A stretch of DNA of 64,000 nucleotides from Mobula hypostoma (taxonomy: Eukaryota). The notes beneath the pieces were generated by a model. That model was not told where the DNA came from, ran no database searches, and worked only from the letters and a program-made list of their open reading frames with translations. How positions within the stretch are numbered: position 1 is the stretch's first letter; each line of letters opens with the position of its first letter. This document shows, one piece after another, positions 24,201 to 35,990 of the stretch. A program made the position numbers and the translations under genes. The stretch spans positions 224,566,001-224,630,000 of the forward strand of contig NC_086097.1 of assembly GCF_963921235.1 (NCBI RefSeq), given 5' to 3'.

Positions 24201-25534
24201 TGCTGCGATTTGCTTTCAAATAATTAGGAAACGGTGAATTGTCATTAAGAAAACTATCTAGTTTACTAATATTATTCAATGGAGGGATTTTGCCAGCCTT
24301 ATCTGGTCTAGCATATACATAACTCTAGAACCAGCAATGTAGTTGACTTTTAAGTACTCTCTGAAATGAGCAGCAAACCAGTCAGTTCAAAGGCAATCAG
24401 GAAAAGGTAAAATGTGTTGGCTTTTCCAACGATGACTCAATCCTGAAAAATAAATAAATAAAATAACAGTACTATTTGACAAAATAACATCTTAGATGGT
24501 TCTGAAAATGTGAATGAGGTATTAGACAGGTAAACTGGTTGTAATGGAAATGTGATCTGGTTCTGGGAGAGATTAGCAATCTGCTTCTGAAGTAAATCCA
24601 CCAAAATCTGAATCCCACCCACTCCACCTTTTATGCATTGTCTGTCTGCTGCAAGTTTCTCCAGATTATTCCATTTTACAAACTTTTCTCTTTTGTTTCT
24701 CCCTGCTGGCTCCATTCTTAGGATAGCTGTCATCTGCTCCCTGCTTTGCATTACAGCACTCCATCTTTGGTCTCCACACTGTCTGCTCTTCCGAACATTT
24801 TAAGGACTTTGCCTTTATTCAGCGAACCCTCTGTTGAGATTGCTGCCCTACAGTTTTCTTCGAACTGTTCCTCTTTTCTGATTTAAACTCTGAGTAGTCC
24901 ATTGAAATTACCATCGGTTTGCCTTCTTATGGATTTTTTTCCTATCTTTTTGAATTAGACTAGTCAGCTACTCATGCAATAACTTACTGTTTTGTCCTGT
25001 CGGCTAAATTGTTCTTTTAAACGTCCCCCCCCCCCCCCAAACACCTTCGAGATTACCAGATCTTGCTCTTTTTCCATTGTTAGTTCTGGCTTGTTCTTCT
25101 TGCCAGTCGTGCGCCTTTATGCTACCTAATCCTGAAATATCTAAATTCCTGTCGTTTTATTTTCTTTCGACTTATGTTTTTTTTTGGTTAGTTCGCTCTT
25201 TGTTCTAGTTTCCTTGAGCCTCATTTACACCCCCCTCTCTGAATGCACTCCCCCCCCCCATTAATGTTGATCAACGTCTATTCTGGGGAAATTGTCCACG
25301 GTCTACCCTTTATTTAGAAGTACTGTACTTCTAACTGAGTCTGCTCGCTTGCCCTCTCTGCAGGCTGCCCAACCCCTATGCAATTTCTTGTCCTGGATTG
25401 TCCCTTTCGGCAGTTTACTACTTCTTCCGGAGTTCCCCTTTCCTTGAATTCTTCCTCTCCCCTAAATGGTTCTTTTCATACTGTGAATTGCAGCGGCTAC
25501 TCCTTGCTTTGCCGAGACTGGATTGTCCCTTTTT

Positions 25535-25990
25535 TAATTGGATTGCCCCTCCACTCAGCCCCCGCTGGCCCACCCCACGTCTGGACCGCCGCCCTGCGCG
25601 CTGCCCGAGCACGGCGCGGAGCCGGCCCGGCTCGACACGTCACTCGGCTCCGGATAAAGGCGCCGCGGCCAGTCCGCTCTCGCAGCGCCGGCAGAGGAGC
25701 CGCGGTGGTAGCAACAGCAGCATCCCAGGTCCCGCAGACTTCCACCATTAACAACACCGCCACCGCCACCACCACCACCACCAAATCCCGACGGCTTGCT
25801 CTCTTCCACATTATCCAGGGTTGTGAGGACGGTGAAGGTAAGTGTCCGGACACACTCGCCCCATCGCTAATTATTCTCCGCGGGCATCGGGCGCTGCTCT
25901 GCTCTCCCTCCCTGCCAGACTCTTCACTGGTCCTCGGGAAAGGATGCGGCTGCTCGCCGACCTGAGCTGCTCCTGGCCGGTCAGTGGATC
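25535..25990 (+). promoter_or_regulatory. CpG-island promoter of CRISPLD1
   Basis: The only strongly CpG/GC-rich non-repeat stretch in the window. Reverse CCAAT (attgg, about 25537), CRE/ATF-like cacgtca (25636-25642) and TATA-like gataaa (25653-25658). Confidence 0.7.
25680..25837 (+). other. CRISPLD1: Putative non-coding exon 1 of CRISPLD1 (start approximate)
   Basis: Consensus donor AAG|GTAAGT at 25837/25838. The next acceptor is tttcattgcag| at 26251. The start is inferred from the TATA-like box. Confidence 0.65.
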
Positions 25991-26306
25991 GGCCTCCCAG
26001 GCAAATTGACAACCAGGACATAGCTCAAGGTGTACGTGAACTTGATTTTCCCGCTTTTGTGCTTTTAGTTTAAAAAAATAACGACATTCAATGTCAGTAG
26101 CGGTTGCATTTACTGGCGTCCTAGAACGTATCCATGACAACGCGAGCGGCACACTTTCCTCCCTGCATTAGCCTGCTGATTTGCTTTTATTCAGTTAAAA
26201 CTGATGCACGGAGCTCTCTAACCTGCAGATAGCGCGCTCTTTTCATTGCAGCCTCGCAATTGGACAGGTCCCGACTTCCTTGGAGATAATCCCAGTGCGT
26301 TCCATC

Positions 26307-26645
26307 ATGAAGGGTGCAGAGTGGGAATGGGCGAGGCTGACCGCCCTACTGTTTATTGCACAAGTCGCCGCTGCGATGATGCTCCCCAATGTTACTTCAG
26401 AACTGGATGCAATGCTGGCAAAGTTTTTACAAGATCGCGAAGAACGCTTGGCAGCGGAAACAAACCATAAAGCTGCTGGTATTTTAGATCTACTCAAGTC
26501 AAATTATACGTATTCACATGAACCCCCGAGGAATTCCAGAAGAACAAAGAGATCTATCACAGATAATGATAGACAAATAATCTTGGATCTGCATAATAAA
26601 CTGAGAAGTCAAGTATCACCAAGTGCATCTAATATGGAATATATG
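26307..26645 (+). CDS. CRISPLD1: CRISPLD1 coding exon 1 (signal peptide, pro-region, start of CAP domain)
   Basis: [24 protein letters not shown]...[35 protein letters not shown]|gtaagt matches recalled CRISPLD1 ([20 protein letters not shown]). Confidence 0.92.
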
Positions 26646-28189
26646 GTAAGTGTACACAGTCTGTTTTAAAATTGTTTAACTCCTACAAAATCAAATTCAA
26701 CGTTAAGAATGTTGTATGTTATGGCAAGAAATAGGGTCAACAGCCATTATGAGATAGATTCTTAATTGGTCAGGGCTTGAAGGGATACGGGGAGATGACA
26801 GGCGATTGGGGCTGAGAGGAACAGTGGGTCAACCATGGTGAAACTGGGGAGAAGACTCAATGGACCAAATATCTGGATGCTCCTATTGCTTATGGATTTA
26901 AGGTCTTGTGTTAGTACAGCGATGTGCACAAGCAAAGCATCGCTCTTTAATAAGACTGGCAACACCAATATGCAAATGAACATTTAGAATATTGTGTCAT
27001 CACACTACAAAGTCATGGAATAAGCTGTTACCTTCAACTTTAGAAGGACCTCATGATTTTTTGCACTTTCAACTCCTCACCTGGTAAAATAATATTTCCT
27101 TTGTGGAAGAGACCAGTAATATCTCCAGCTCTACCTATGGTTAGACCTGTGCTAGATTTCTGGGAGAAATATAAGCTTCCTGTTATTGAGTTATATGCAT
27201 TTAAAGTTTCCTAATGGTTATTATATAATGAGCCACATGAAATTTTGTATGTTCTTTCAGAACATGAACTTTTTCAGAAGAAAATCATGCTCACAGGATG
27301 TTGCTATTTCTATTGGGGAAAAATAAGAACTGCAGTAGTTTCTGAAATGGTGACTTACATTCACAGTTTTCTCCTACAATTACTGCTATGCTAAATACAC
27401 TTTGTTCCTTAGAATAATTTATGACCTCCTTAATATAACCTTTCGCCTACTTCAGCAATGGTCTTCATCCAAAATTGTTTGTGGGATTGGTGAATGCAGG
27501 ATAATAATTACTCTTTATTATACATTTTATTTTCACTATTTTTAATTGGAACATAGTTGTTTAGCAGAGTGAGTTACATTGCCAGTGCAATAAGGATGCA
27601 GATAGACACATCTCTCTACTGTTTTAGTGAAGGGATTAATCAGTTTAAAAATAAATGGGTTACCAGTTTAATTTAGAGTTGTAGAGTCATAGAACACTAC
27701 AACTCCAAAACAGGCCCTTCAGCCCATCAAGTCCATGATGAATTGTTAACCTGCCTAGTCCCATCGACCTGCATCCCGACTATAGCCCTCATACCTAGCA
27801 AACTAGCAGAATATTACCCTGCAGAAGAATGCAGGGGTAAGTGATCGATATGATCTTAATTTATACTAAGGTTCATCTATGCTGTCATATTAACTTTCTT
27901 TTGTCTACACAGGTGAAGAGAAGAATTTAAATTGACACAACCATATATTTTGTTAACTGTCTTGTTTGTAATATCATGTGTACTACAAAATAGATTTTTT
28001 CTTCAGTTTGTTGTAGAAATGTAGATAATAATCAATAAGATAATAAACACTTGCACATGGATTTATAAATCGATGTTGAGCCAGTTTATGGTGTTTTTAC
28101 CTTGTTCAACTGCTTTTTTTCCAAGTGGATATTTTGTTTTTATTAAGGACAGTTTCTGGTGATGTATTGAGCAGTATGAGTATAATACT

Positions 28190-28470
28190 TATTGAGTTGA
28201 CTTTATTAATTACATCCTTCACATACATGAGGAAGATGTATCTTCACATTGCGTCTCTGACTAAACATGCAATGTACAATTTATAGTAATTTGTAATAAA
28301 TAGTATGTACAACAGGACAGTCAATATAACATAGAAATATAATTGTATCAGCGTGAATTAATCAGTCTGATGGCCTGGTGGAAGAAGCTGTCCTGGAGCC
28401 TGTTGGTCCTGGCTTTTGTGCTGCGATACTGTTTCCCGGACAGTAGTAGCTGGAACAGTCTGTGACTGGG
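28190..28470 (-). mobile_element. Rex1/Babar-like LINE 3' end
   Basis: Minus-strand PSHRLFQLLLSGKQYRSTKARTNRLQDSFFHQAIRLIN. Confidence 0.7.
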
Positions 28471-29184
28471 GTAGTATTGCTCCATTTTCAATATGTGCAA
28501 GACTTGTTTTTGGGTAATTACCTGATGATTTTTTTTCTTGCGGGGAGGCAACCAACTTGTGTATGGAGAGCACATTTCCTGATAAATATTCAGTAAAGCA
28601 TTTTATGTGGAATTGCTCTTTACACTCAGAATCACTGAACATATACAGGTGTATTTTTGCCCCTTTTAACTAAAAGACTAATTTAATTCATTAGGTGAGG
28701 ATATCTTCAGGGAGATAGCACTTTTTTAACTGACATACTTTTGTCAAGGTATCATCCTCTCATTGTGTTAGGTAGAATTCAAATTGTTTGTAGAAAGTTA
28801 TATCCTTATTAGATTTACAATGTGCGAATTGAAAATACACCAGGTGAAGTTGCACTGAAATTGGTAAGAGTGGAACGTCTTGGAAAAAACAATCTAGTCC
28901 TCAATTTGCTGGACCTTCTTTTCTGGTATTTTCTCCATTGCCAATTGTGTCCTGTGATGAAGCACTTAAAGTAATTTCTAGATATTTATGCTAAGGAATC
29001 TGCCCATTGTACTGTGCCAGATTAGTCTTGCTGCTGGATCAGTGAGCTTTTCAATTCTATGAAGGAGAATGGCTGTGATTGTTTGAGGTAAATGCTTTAT
29101 GGTATACAGGCAACCACTGTGTTATGGCCCTTGAGGTTACGGAAATTTGCCACTGCAGAATTCACAAGTCAGTCCCCAGATGCT

Positions 29185-29480
29185 AGGCACCACAGTGATG
29201 TAGCTGTTCGTGCAACTATTACAGCTCAGGGTGTCGGAGTTCAATACCAGCACCGTCTGTAAGAAATCTCTTCACGTCTTCCCTGTGGAATGCATGGGTT
29301 TTTATTGGGTGCTCCGGTTTCCTGCCACAGTCCAAAGATGTACCGGATATGTTAATTGGATATTGTAAGTTGTTCCGTGATTAGGTTAGGTTCAGTCAGG
29401 GTTATCGAGGGGTGCGGGGGCGGTGTGGCTTGAGGGGCTGGAAGAGCCCACTCTGCACTGTATTGTTTAAATATAAATAA
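29185..29480 (+). mobile_element. V-SINE-like tRNA-derived SINE
   Basis: Box-B-like ggagttcaatacc, core gggtgctccggtttcctgccacagtccaaaga and a taaa tail. Related copy at 60300-60560. Confidence 0.65.
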
Positions 29481-32400
29481 ATATTTGAGATGTAGCATAA
29501 AGTTTGCTGCAACAGAATTTACGTGCGGGTGTTAGAGCGCGAGGGGGAAGTAAACAAAGCTTTAATTTTTTTTTCCCATACTTGTATTTCTTGACACTTG
29601 TGCTCCTGATGCAGCTTTGACTTAGTGAAAATCACAATATGGCATGTTTTCTAGGATTACAACTCCCCCACTGTAGTGGGTGAAGGGTAGTCAATTGTAC
29701 CGTACTTTAATGAAGTGAATTTATTTGAACATTTTTAATTAGTTTTAAGAATTCTAACCTGTTTTTAGCCTGAGACATATTATTTTCAATTTTTTTTTAG
29801 TCTGTTTGATCTTTTTTTAAACCTTGTCTACTTTTTAAGTTGCTTCTAAATAACAGGGACATTCAGAAAGATTGCCACTATAAGACAACAGATTTCATGT
29901 CATAATAAACCTGATTCTGATTCTAAATCTAATTCTCATAGTCTTTTGCACATTTGATAGATGGCTAAACCAGAAAGTGTGTTTTATGCCAGCATATTTT
30001 TTCCAGTTCTTTCTTTGGAAGGGCTCTTAATTCTACCACACCCCTTTAAAACCGTGTCAAAAGATGACATCACATTGTTCAAACCCCTCTGCCAAGCAGG
30101 ACGTTGCCATATTGAATCAGTTGTGATTCTCAATGTTCAAAGTGACAAGTTTACAAAAAAAATATGGTGTCATGTGGTGAAACATCAATAAGAGGCAAGC
30201 TTTTTGTGTTCATCAGTGCAAGAAAAATGTATTATGAGAACCCCGCCCAAAAATGCTTATTTTGGACTTCATTAATTCAGAAGTGTTGTGGTTACCCTTT
30301 GATTTGCTGATTTTTAGTGGTCAGAAATCAATTTGGAAAAGTTAATTTTGGAAATTCAGTTGCAGGTAATGCATAATTTTCCAGTCAATTAAATTTAATT
30401 GGGCAATCAAATGCTATTTCCATTCTGCTGCTAAGAATGCAAGGAGTACAAAGTCAGAGGCTTTTCTACTTTTGAACTTGCAGTTGAGACAACTTAATGA
30501 GCAGTGGTTTCTTGGAGGTGTGCCATTTGAATCGCGCACTTGCAACCTTGGGTTTGTGATACACTGCATATGCCTTGTGATTTGATTTATTAACCCCTCA
30601 ATGTAATTCAGAGATTATAACATTGCCTCATAAATATTCCCAACAAAGCTGTGCAAAACACTATCCAATTCTTTATCAGCTGAAAGTACCCTTATCACTA
30701 AGCCTGTATTTAAATTGAAGCATTATTATACAGGTCAGAAACAAAGGAAGTAAGGAGCCCCATGGACTCTTCAGTGATGGTCTCCCAGTCACTGAAACAA
30801 AGTTGATCATTATTATTCTTTTTTTCTGCCAGGAGCCAGTTTTTGACATAATTTTCTCTTCTCCCTTTGATCCTATCTGCTGTTACCTTTTCAAAAAGAC
30901 TGTTATGTGGAACCTTTTCACAAACTTTGCTTAACTCCATGTAAAGTAGATCAAATACACTGCCTTAATCAAGCTTTCCTTTTGCCAACTTAAGCTAAAT
31001 TCAGCTAAATAAGTCAGAACTTCCCTTAACAAATCCATTCATGATTAGTCTGTACCATTCTAACTGAAGAATTCTACTATCCCTCATTGGAATCCAATAA
31101 TATGCCCATTTTTTTGAAGTTAAATTTACAAATCAATTTATCCCTTTCTCCCTTTTTAAACAATGGTTCAACGTTAGCACTCCACTGATTTTTGCATTAT
31201 CTCATTTGGTTCTGGTAGCCATCTGCAGAACTCTGGATAACTTGGAAGGGCAGGCAGACTATGCTTGGAATGATAATACGTTAGTGCAGTAGATGAGAAG
31301 AAGCAGTTCCATTATGAAAAGAATGTCCTTGGTGGTCTCAAAAGAAACTCCTTGAACAGCTTTGGGCTCAGAGGCTGAAACATGCATTAAATGAGGCAGC
31401 ATGAACAATTGTGTTGGTTGATGAACTACCATTGAAAAACACTGTAGAGAATGGGATGAAGGGCCTGAGATCTCTGGAATAGTGTTACGTGGAGAAAGGC
31501 CTTTCCTTCATTCACTTTATCTTTGTGACTAAGTTAAGGAGCTCCTGTAAATGCAGGGACCAGGCTATCATGCCATAGGGAGGGCTGGGGAGCTGGTTGG
31601 TTTTGTGAGATTGGGAATTGGAGGGACAAGTATGATCATCCGAGGGGCGAGCATAGCAACGTCGTGAGCTGTGCTTGATTGATGTGGGGCTTGTGGTAAA
31701 ATTTGTGCTGGGGCTGTTGGAAAGAGAGATTGAGGTTGATCTGACAAATTGTAGGTGGGGGGTGGAGTCATGAAATTTGAGGTGGGGGAAAGAAAAAGGT
31801 GGCTGATGGTACTGATGGAGAACTATCAGAAAGGCTGTTATTCAAATAGGTTCATCTTGGGTCCAGTTCACACTGGTGAACTCTACTGGGTGTGCCAGTC
31901 TCCTTTTAAGTAATGCAAAAATGGGCTTCTGTGCTGCGGCAGCTGGGTGTTCAGCATAGTTTACCTATTATATTGGTGAACACAAACCTTCTAAGTGGAA
32001 TCTAATTATAACACAGAAGGAAAATGCCACAAAATGCATGTTTTCATTAAAATATTGAAATGCATCATGCTCAAAACAGAAGGCTTTTCCTGAGCATCAT
32101 TAACTATTTACCACATTCATAAATGATCAGTTTCACCTTCTGGTAACAGTGGTTCGCTGCATGCATTGATTAAGAAATCTGTACTATGTGTAAATGTGGA
32201 TTGAGCTTTAAAAATGGACCTCTCTTTAACTTTTAAGTTCTTTCTGCTTGTGAAAGGAACTACTTTGTTATTTGGAAGACTGTTAGCACACCATTGCCAG
32301 GGAATGTAAAGAACAAAGATGTCTTATATTGAATTTCTAAGGAGACCATTATGATTGTCCAAAATCTCAATTTTTATTGAAGATATTTTTCCACCATTTA

Positions 32401-32624
32401 AGCAACTCACTGTTTTGGTTAACTAATCTGCCATTTTTTTTAAATAAAGCCTGCACATTTTTAAAATTTAATTTGCCTGGAGATCCAAAATTACTAACTA
32501 AGCTTTTATTATTTCTAGGAATAAGGTAATAATTGGTATTTTACTTTATTATTCAATTGTTTTGCATCAGGCATTTTTTAACCATAAAACTAATTTAATC
32601 TTATCTGCAAAATTATCTGTTCTA

Positions 32625-32940
32625 AAGTAAAGGCATCTGTTAGTCTTGCGAGACCATGGATCTGCACCTGGAAAGTCTTCACTCTCCAGGGCACAGGCCT
32701 GGGCAAGGTTGTATGGAAGACCAGCAGTTGCCCATGCTGCAAGTCTCCCCTCTCCACGAGACCATTGTTGTCCAAGGGAAGGGCATTAGGACCCATACAG
32801 CTTGGCACCAGTGTCGACGCAGAGCAATATGTGATTAAGTGCCTTGCTCAAGGACACAACACATGTTGCCTCGCTGGGGCTCAAACTCACGACCTTCAGG
32901 TTGCTAGTCCAACGCCTTAACCACTTGGCCACGTGCCCAT
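32625..32940 (-). mobile_element. tRNA-derived SINE with TSD tgttcta
   Basis: Minus strand starts gggcacgtggccaagtggttaaggcg (box A) ... gagtttgagccc (box B-like). tgttcta occurs at 32618-32624 and 32941-32947. Confidence 0.75.
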
Positions 32941-35499
32941 TGTTCTATGTATTATAATATTAATTGAGTCTCTAAGAATGCATATTTTTTAAGAAATGCA
33001 CTGCTTGACAAGATGAACAGTTCAATAGAGCGAATTTTATTTTGTGCCCTTTAATTGCCAAATTTGATCATATTATCTTACATAAAGTTGCTTTCTCCAT
33101 TGGAGGTTCATGTCATCTTTAACACAGCAAGTGAATATTCCTAAAGCTAAAAATGCAAGATATTGTAACATTTGCTCTAAGCGGGTGAAACAGTGAACCA
33201 TTTACACCTTGTTGGCCTGCCTTTTTGGAATTGAAAGCCAATTTACACAGTAAAAGCAAAATTAATTTGAATCAAGTTGGTTTGACATGAATGCAGTCTC
33301 TTGTTGTTGTTTACATTACTACTGCCTAATCCAAGTTTTCAGAACTTCTCATATCAAGTGACACGTTTTGATTCTTGGGACAGAAAGTTACCGGTAACTT
33401 AATGAATAGAGTTTTACTGATATGGTTTGAATATAGTTTATTTGTAGACTTCTCTGTCATGAAAATGATAAAAGTTATTGAAGTGGGATTCAGATAAATA
33501 ATTGTGCCCAGGAGTAGATTGAAAAACACGCTGAAATAAAATGAGAAATTTGTCCTGGTTTAGGACGCACACAAAATTTTATCGTCATTATTGTGAATTT
33601 ATCCTCATTATTGTGAATTTAGCAGTGCTAGCTCTGCTGTGTATTGTGAATATTTGCAAGGTCTAATTTTGTGGTTGACTTGCACCAATTAAAGTTGACT
33701 GAAGCCATTTCTCGAGGTGCTTATTACCTGTTGCTAGTAATGAAAGTTATTCTACAGCACTGTGCAATAGTCTTTGAGATATTTAATATACACACCTACA
33801 ATTTCTGCACAGTATTGTAGTAAATTTTTGTATTGCACCATACTGCTGTCACCAAAAACAAATTTCGTAACATATGTGAGTGATGATAAACCTAATTCTG
33901 ATATGGGTCTCTATTGTGGACTGAGGGTGGGAAAGGGGCAGGGAGAGGGGAATCATGTTTGGGGAGAAGGGTGGGAGAGAGAAGCACCAGAGACATTCTG
34001 TAATGATCAATAAACCAATTGTTTGGAATCAAATGGTCTTGCCTGGTGTCTTAGGGCTGGGTGTGCCTGGACCCACGCCACTCCCCACCCTTGCCACACC
34101 TTCTCTGCCACCTGTCCCACACCCCTCCCGTGGCACTCCACACTCATCATTCCCAATATATATATAAACCTTTGCACAGTATTGTACATGTTGTTTTGAG
34201 ATGTTGGAAAAATTAAGCACCCTGCCTCAGACTGCCTTTGTGGATGAAGAGAAAGAACTCTTCCTGCAGGTCTCAGGGTGCCTTGCAGATCCATGGTCAG
34301 GTGTCAATGGAAGCAGGTTGCATTTGAGATCAGTTCCAAGAATGAAGTCCCAGAGCAATGGATGCAGTGCACAAGAAGCATAATGAACTTGTGTGCATGA
34401 TCAGAGTTCATTTAAAGGCATAACAAACCTTTCCCTTAAAAACAGTGCCATTTACTTCACCCAGTGCTTCATACTTAATACTAGTCTCCATCAGTCAGGG
34501 CGCCTACGTAACATTGCTTTATGCACTTTATCCTTCCATTTCAAACTACCAAATCCCTCAGCCTTGCCACTTATTGCAGAATGCTTACTGAAACCTTTTA
34601 TTATCACTTGATGGAGAAGGTGGTAAGTAAATTAGGTCAGTGACCATAGACAACTTTGGCATGCCTTTATCCATCAGTTCAGTGGCCTGGAAGAGAGGGG
34701 AATAATCATCATGATGGTCTCTAGTCAAGGCCCAGAAGTGGCACTAATATAATTTAGCATGTTCTAGCCTAATACCTTCCTAATTCTACATCCCTTGCCC
34801 AAGATCCACTGATTCCTGTAGATTACAGCTGTTGATTTTATTAAGTTGCTTACTGTCACTCTGCATCTCTGCCTTTCTTTCAGAAAGCTTCTTGGTCTTT
34901 GTATCTTATTGCATACAGTAATACTTGTCAATTAAACCATTTGGAAGATGGGGAAATTATATATTTTTATAAAGTATACTTTGTTAATCCATAAATAGAA
35001 AATATACTTCATGACTGGCATTAGAGCATGGAACTGAACGTAATGTTGAAGTGTTCCTTCCGGTTAAGGATGACAACTGAAAAAGTTTGTTCTTTAACTA
35101 CCAAAGATAAACCATGGGCCTGACTATGCTTGCCTTTGGCTGGGATCCAACTGGACTTCCCACTAAGTCCAAGGGGTTTGTGGATCGTCGAGCAAAGTGT
35201 ACGGATATGCTTCATATCTGTCCCCTCTGCCATAGCTGGTGTATCTAACGTGGTCCCATTCATTTGAATGTGATTGCTGACCTTCACCATTAAAAGGTAG
35301 GTGAAATATTTTTGTTCCTTTTGATTTCACTGTAATTTATGTAACACTAATTAATGTAGTTTGTTATAATTCCTAAATACAGTGGATTCTGGGTAATTGG
35401 GACACATTTGGAGCAGTACATTTTGGTTCAATGAAGTGGCTGCCCCAATTAGCCGAAGTTTCATGGAAATAGTTAAAAAGTATATATATAAGGGTGTGT

Positions 35500-35990
35500 A
35501 TATATTTATACAACCTTGAGATTTGTCTCCTAACAGGCAGCCACAAAACAAAGAATCCCAATAGAACCCATTTTTTAAAAAAAGAAGTCCGTCAAACTCC
35601 CAATGTGCAGGAAAAAAAACAAATTGTGCAAACAATTTGTGCCAAGTAAGCAAGTCTCATTCAGAACTGAAGTTCATGAAGGTGAGTCCACAGACTTGAA
35701 GCCAGGCATCACTGCAGCCAGTTCAAGAGTAGGCCATAGCCCCAGTTTAGCACAGATGAGTAAACCTCATGGAGCAATGAGGTGAATCAGCCCAATCCCT
35801 CGTTTCCGGCCCTGACACTGACCGTTTCAAACTGACCTGGCACTTAAATTGTCCGAACCTCAGTTCATTCCTTGCCCTCAGACTGGGTCCTGCCACTTTG
35901 ATACGCTCTCGGGCTCAGGCCTCGGCATCTCAATTAGGCCCGTACCTGACCTTTCCAATTCGACCCGATGCTTAAATCGGTCAAACCTTG
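35500..35990 (-). repeat. LINE 3'-UTR-like repeat, copy 3
   Basis: Similar to 6585-6990 and 7310-7620. Confidence 0.6.

Noticed and set aside
25378..26152. Long ORFs (195 aa and 174 aa) across the CpG island
   Set aside because: GC-rich, stop-poor promoter and UTR sequence giving low-complexity translations with no recognisable domain.
26280..26306. Upstream start used by the ORF track for CRISPLD1
   Set aside because: It is a TTG from bacterial-style calling. The ATG at 26307 has a purine at -3 and aligns with the recalled MK start.
32860..32938. tRNA gene (also 44890-44966)
   Set aside because: The tRNA-like heads continue into SINE bodies flanked by TSDs, and no convincing cloverleaf is visible.
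33581..33620. 20-bp tandem duplication (atcNtcattattgtgaattt x2)
   Set aside because: Real but ordinary slippage, with no evidence of function.
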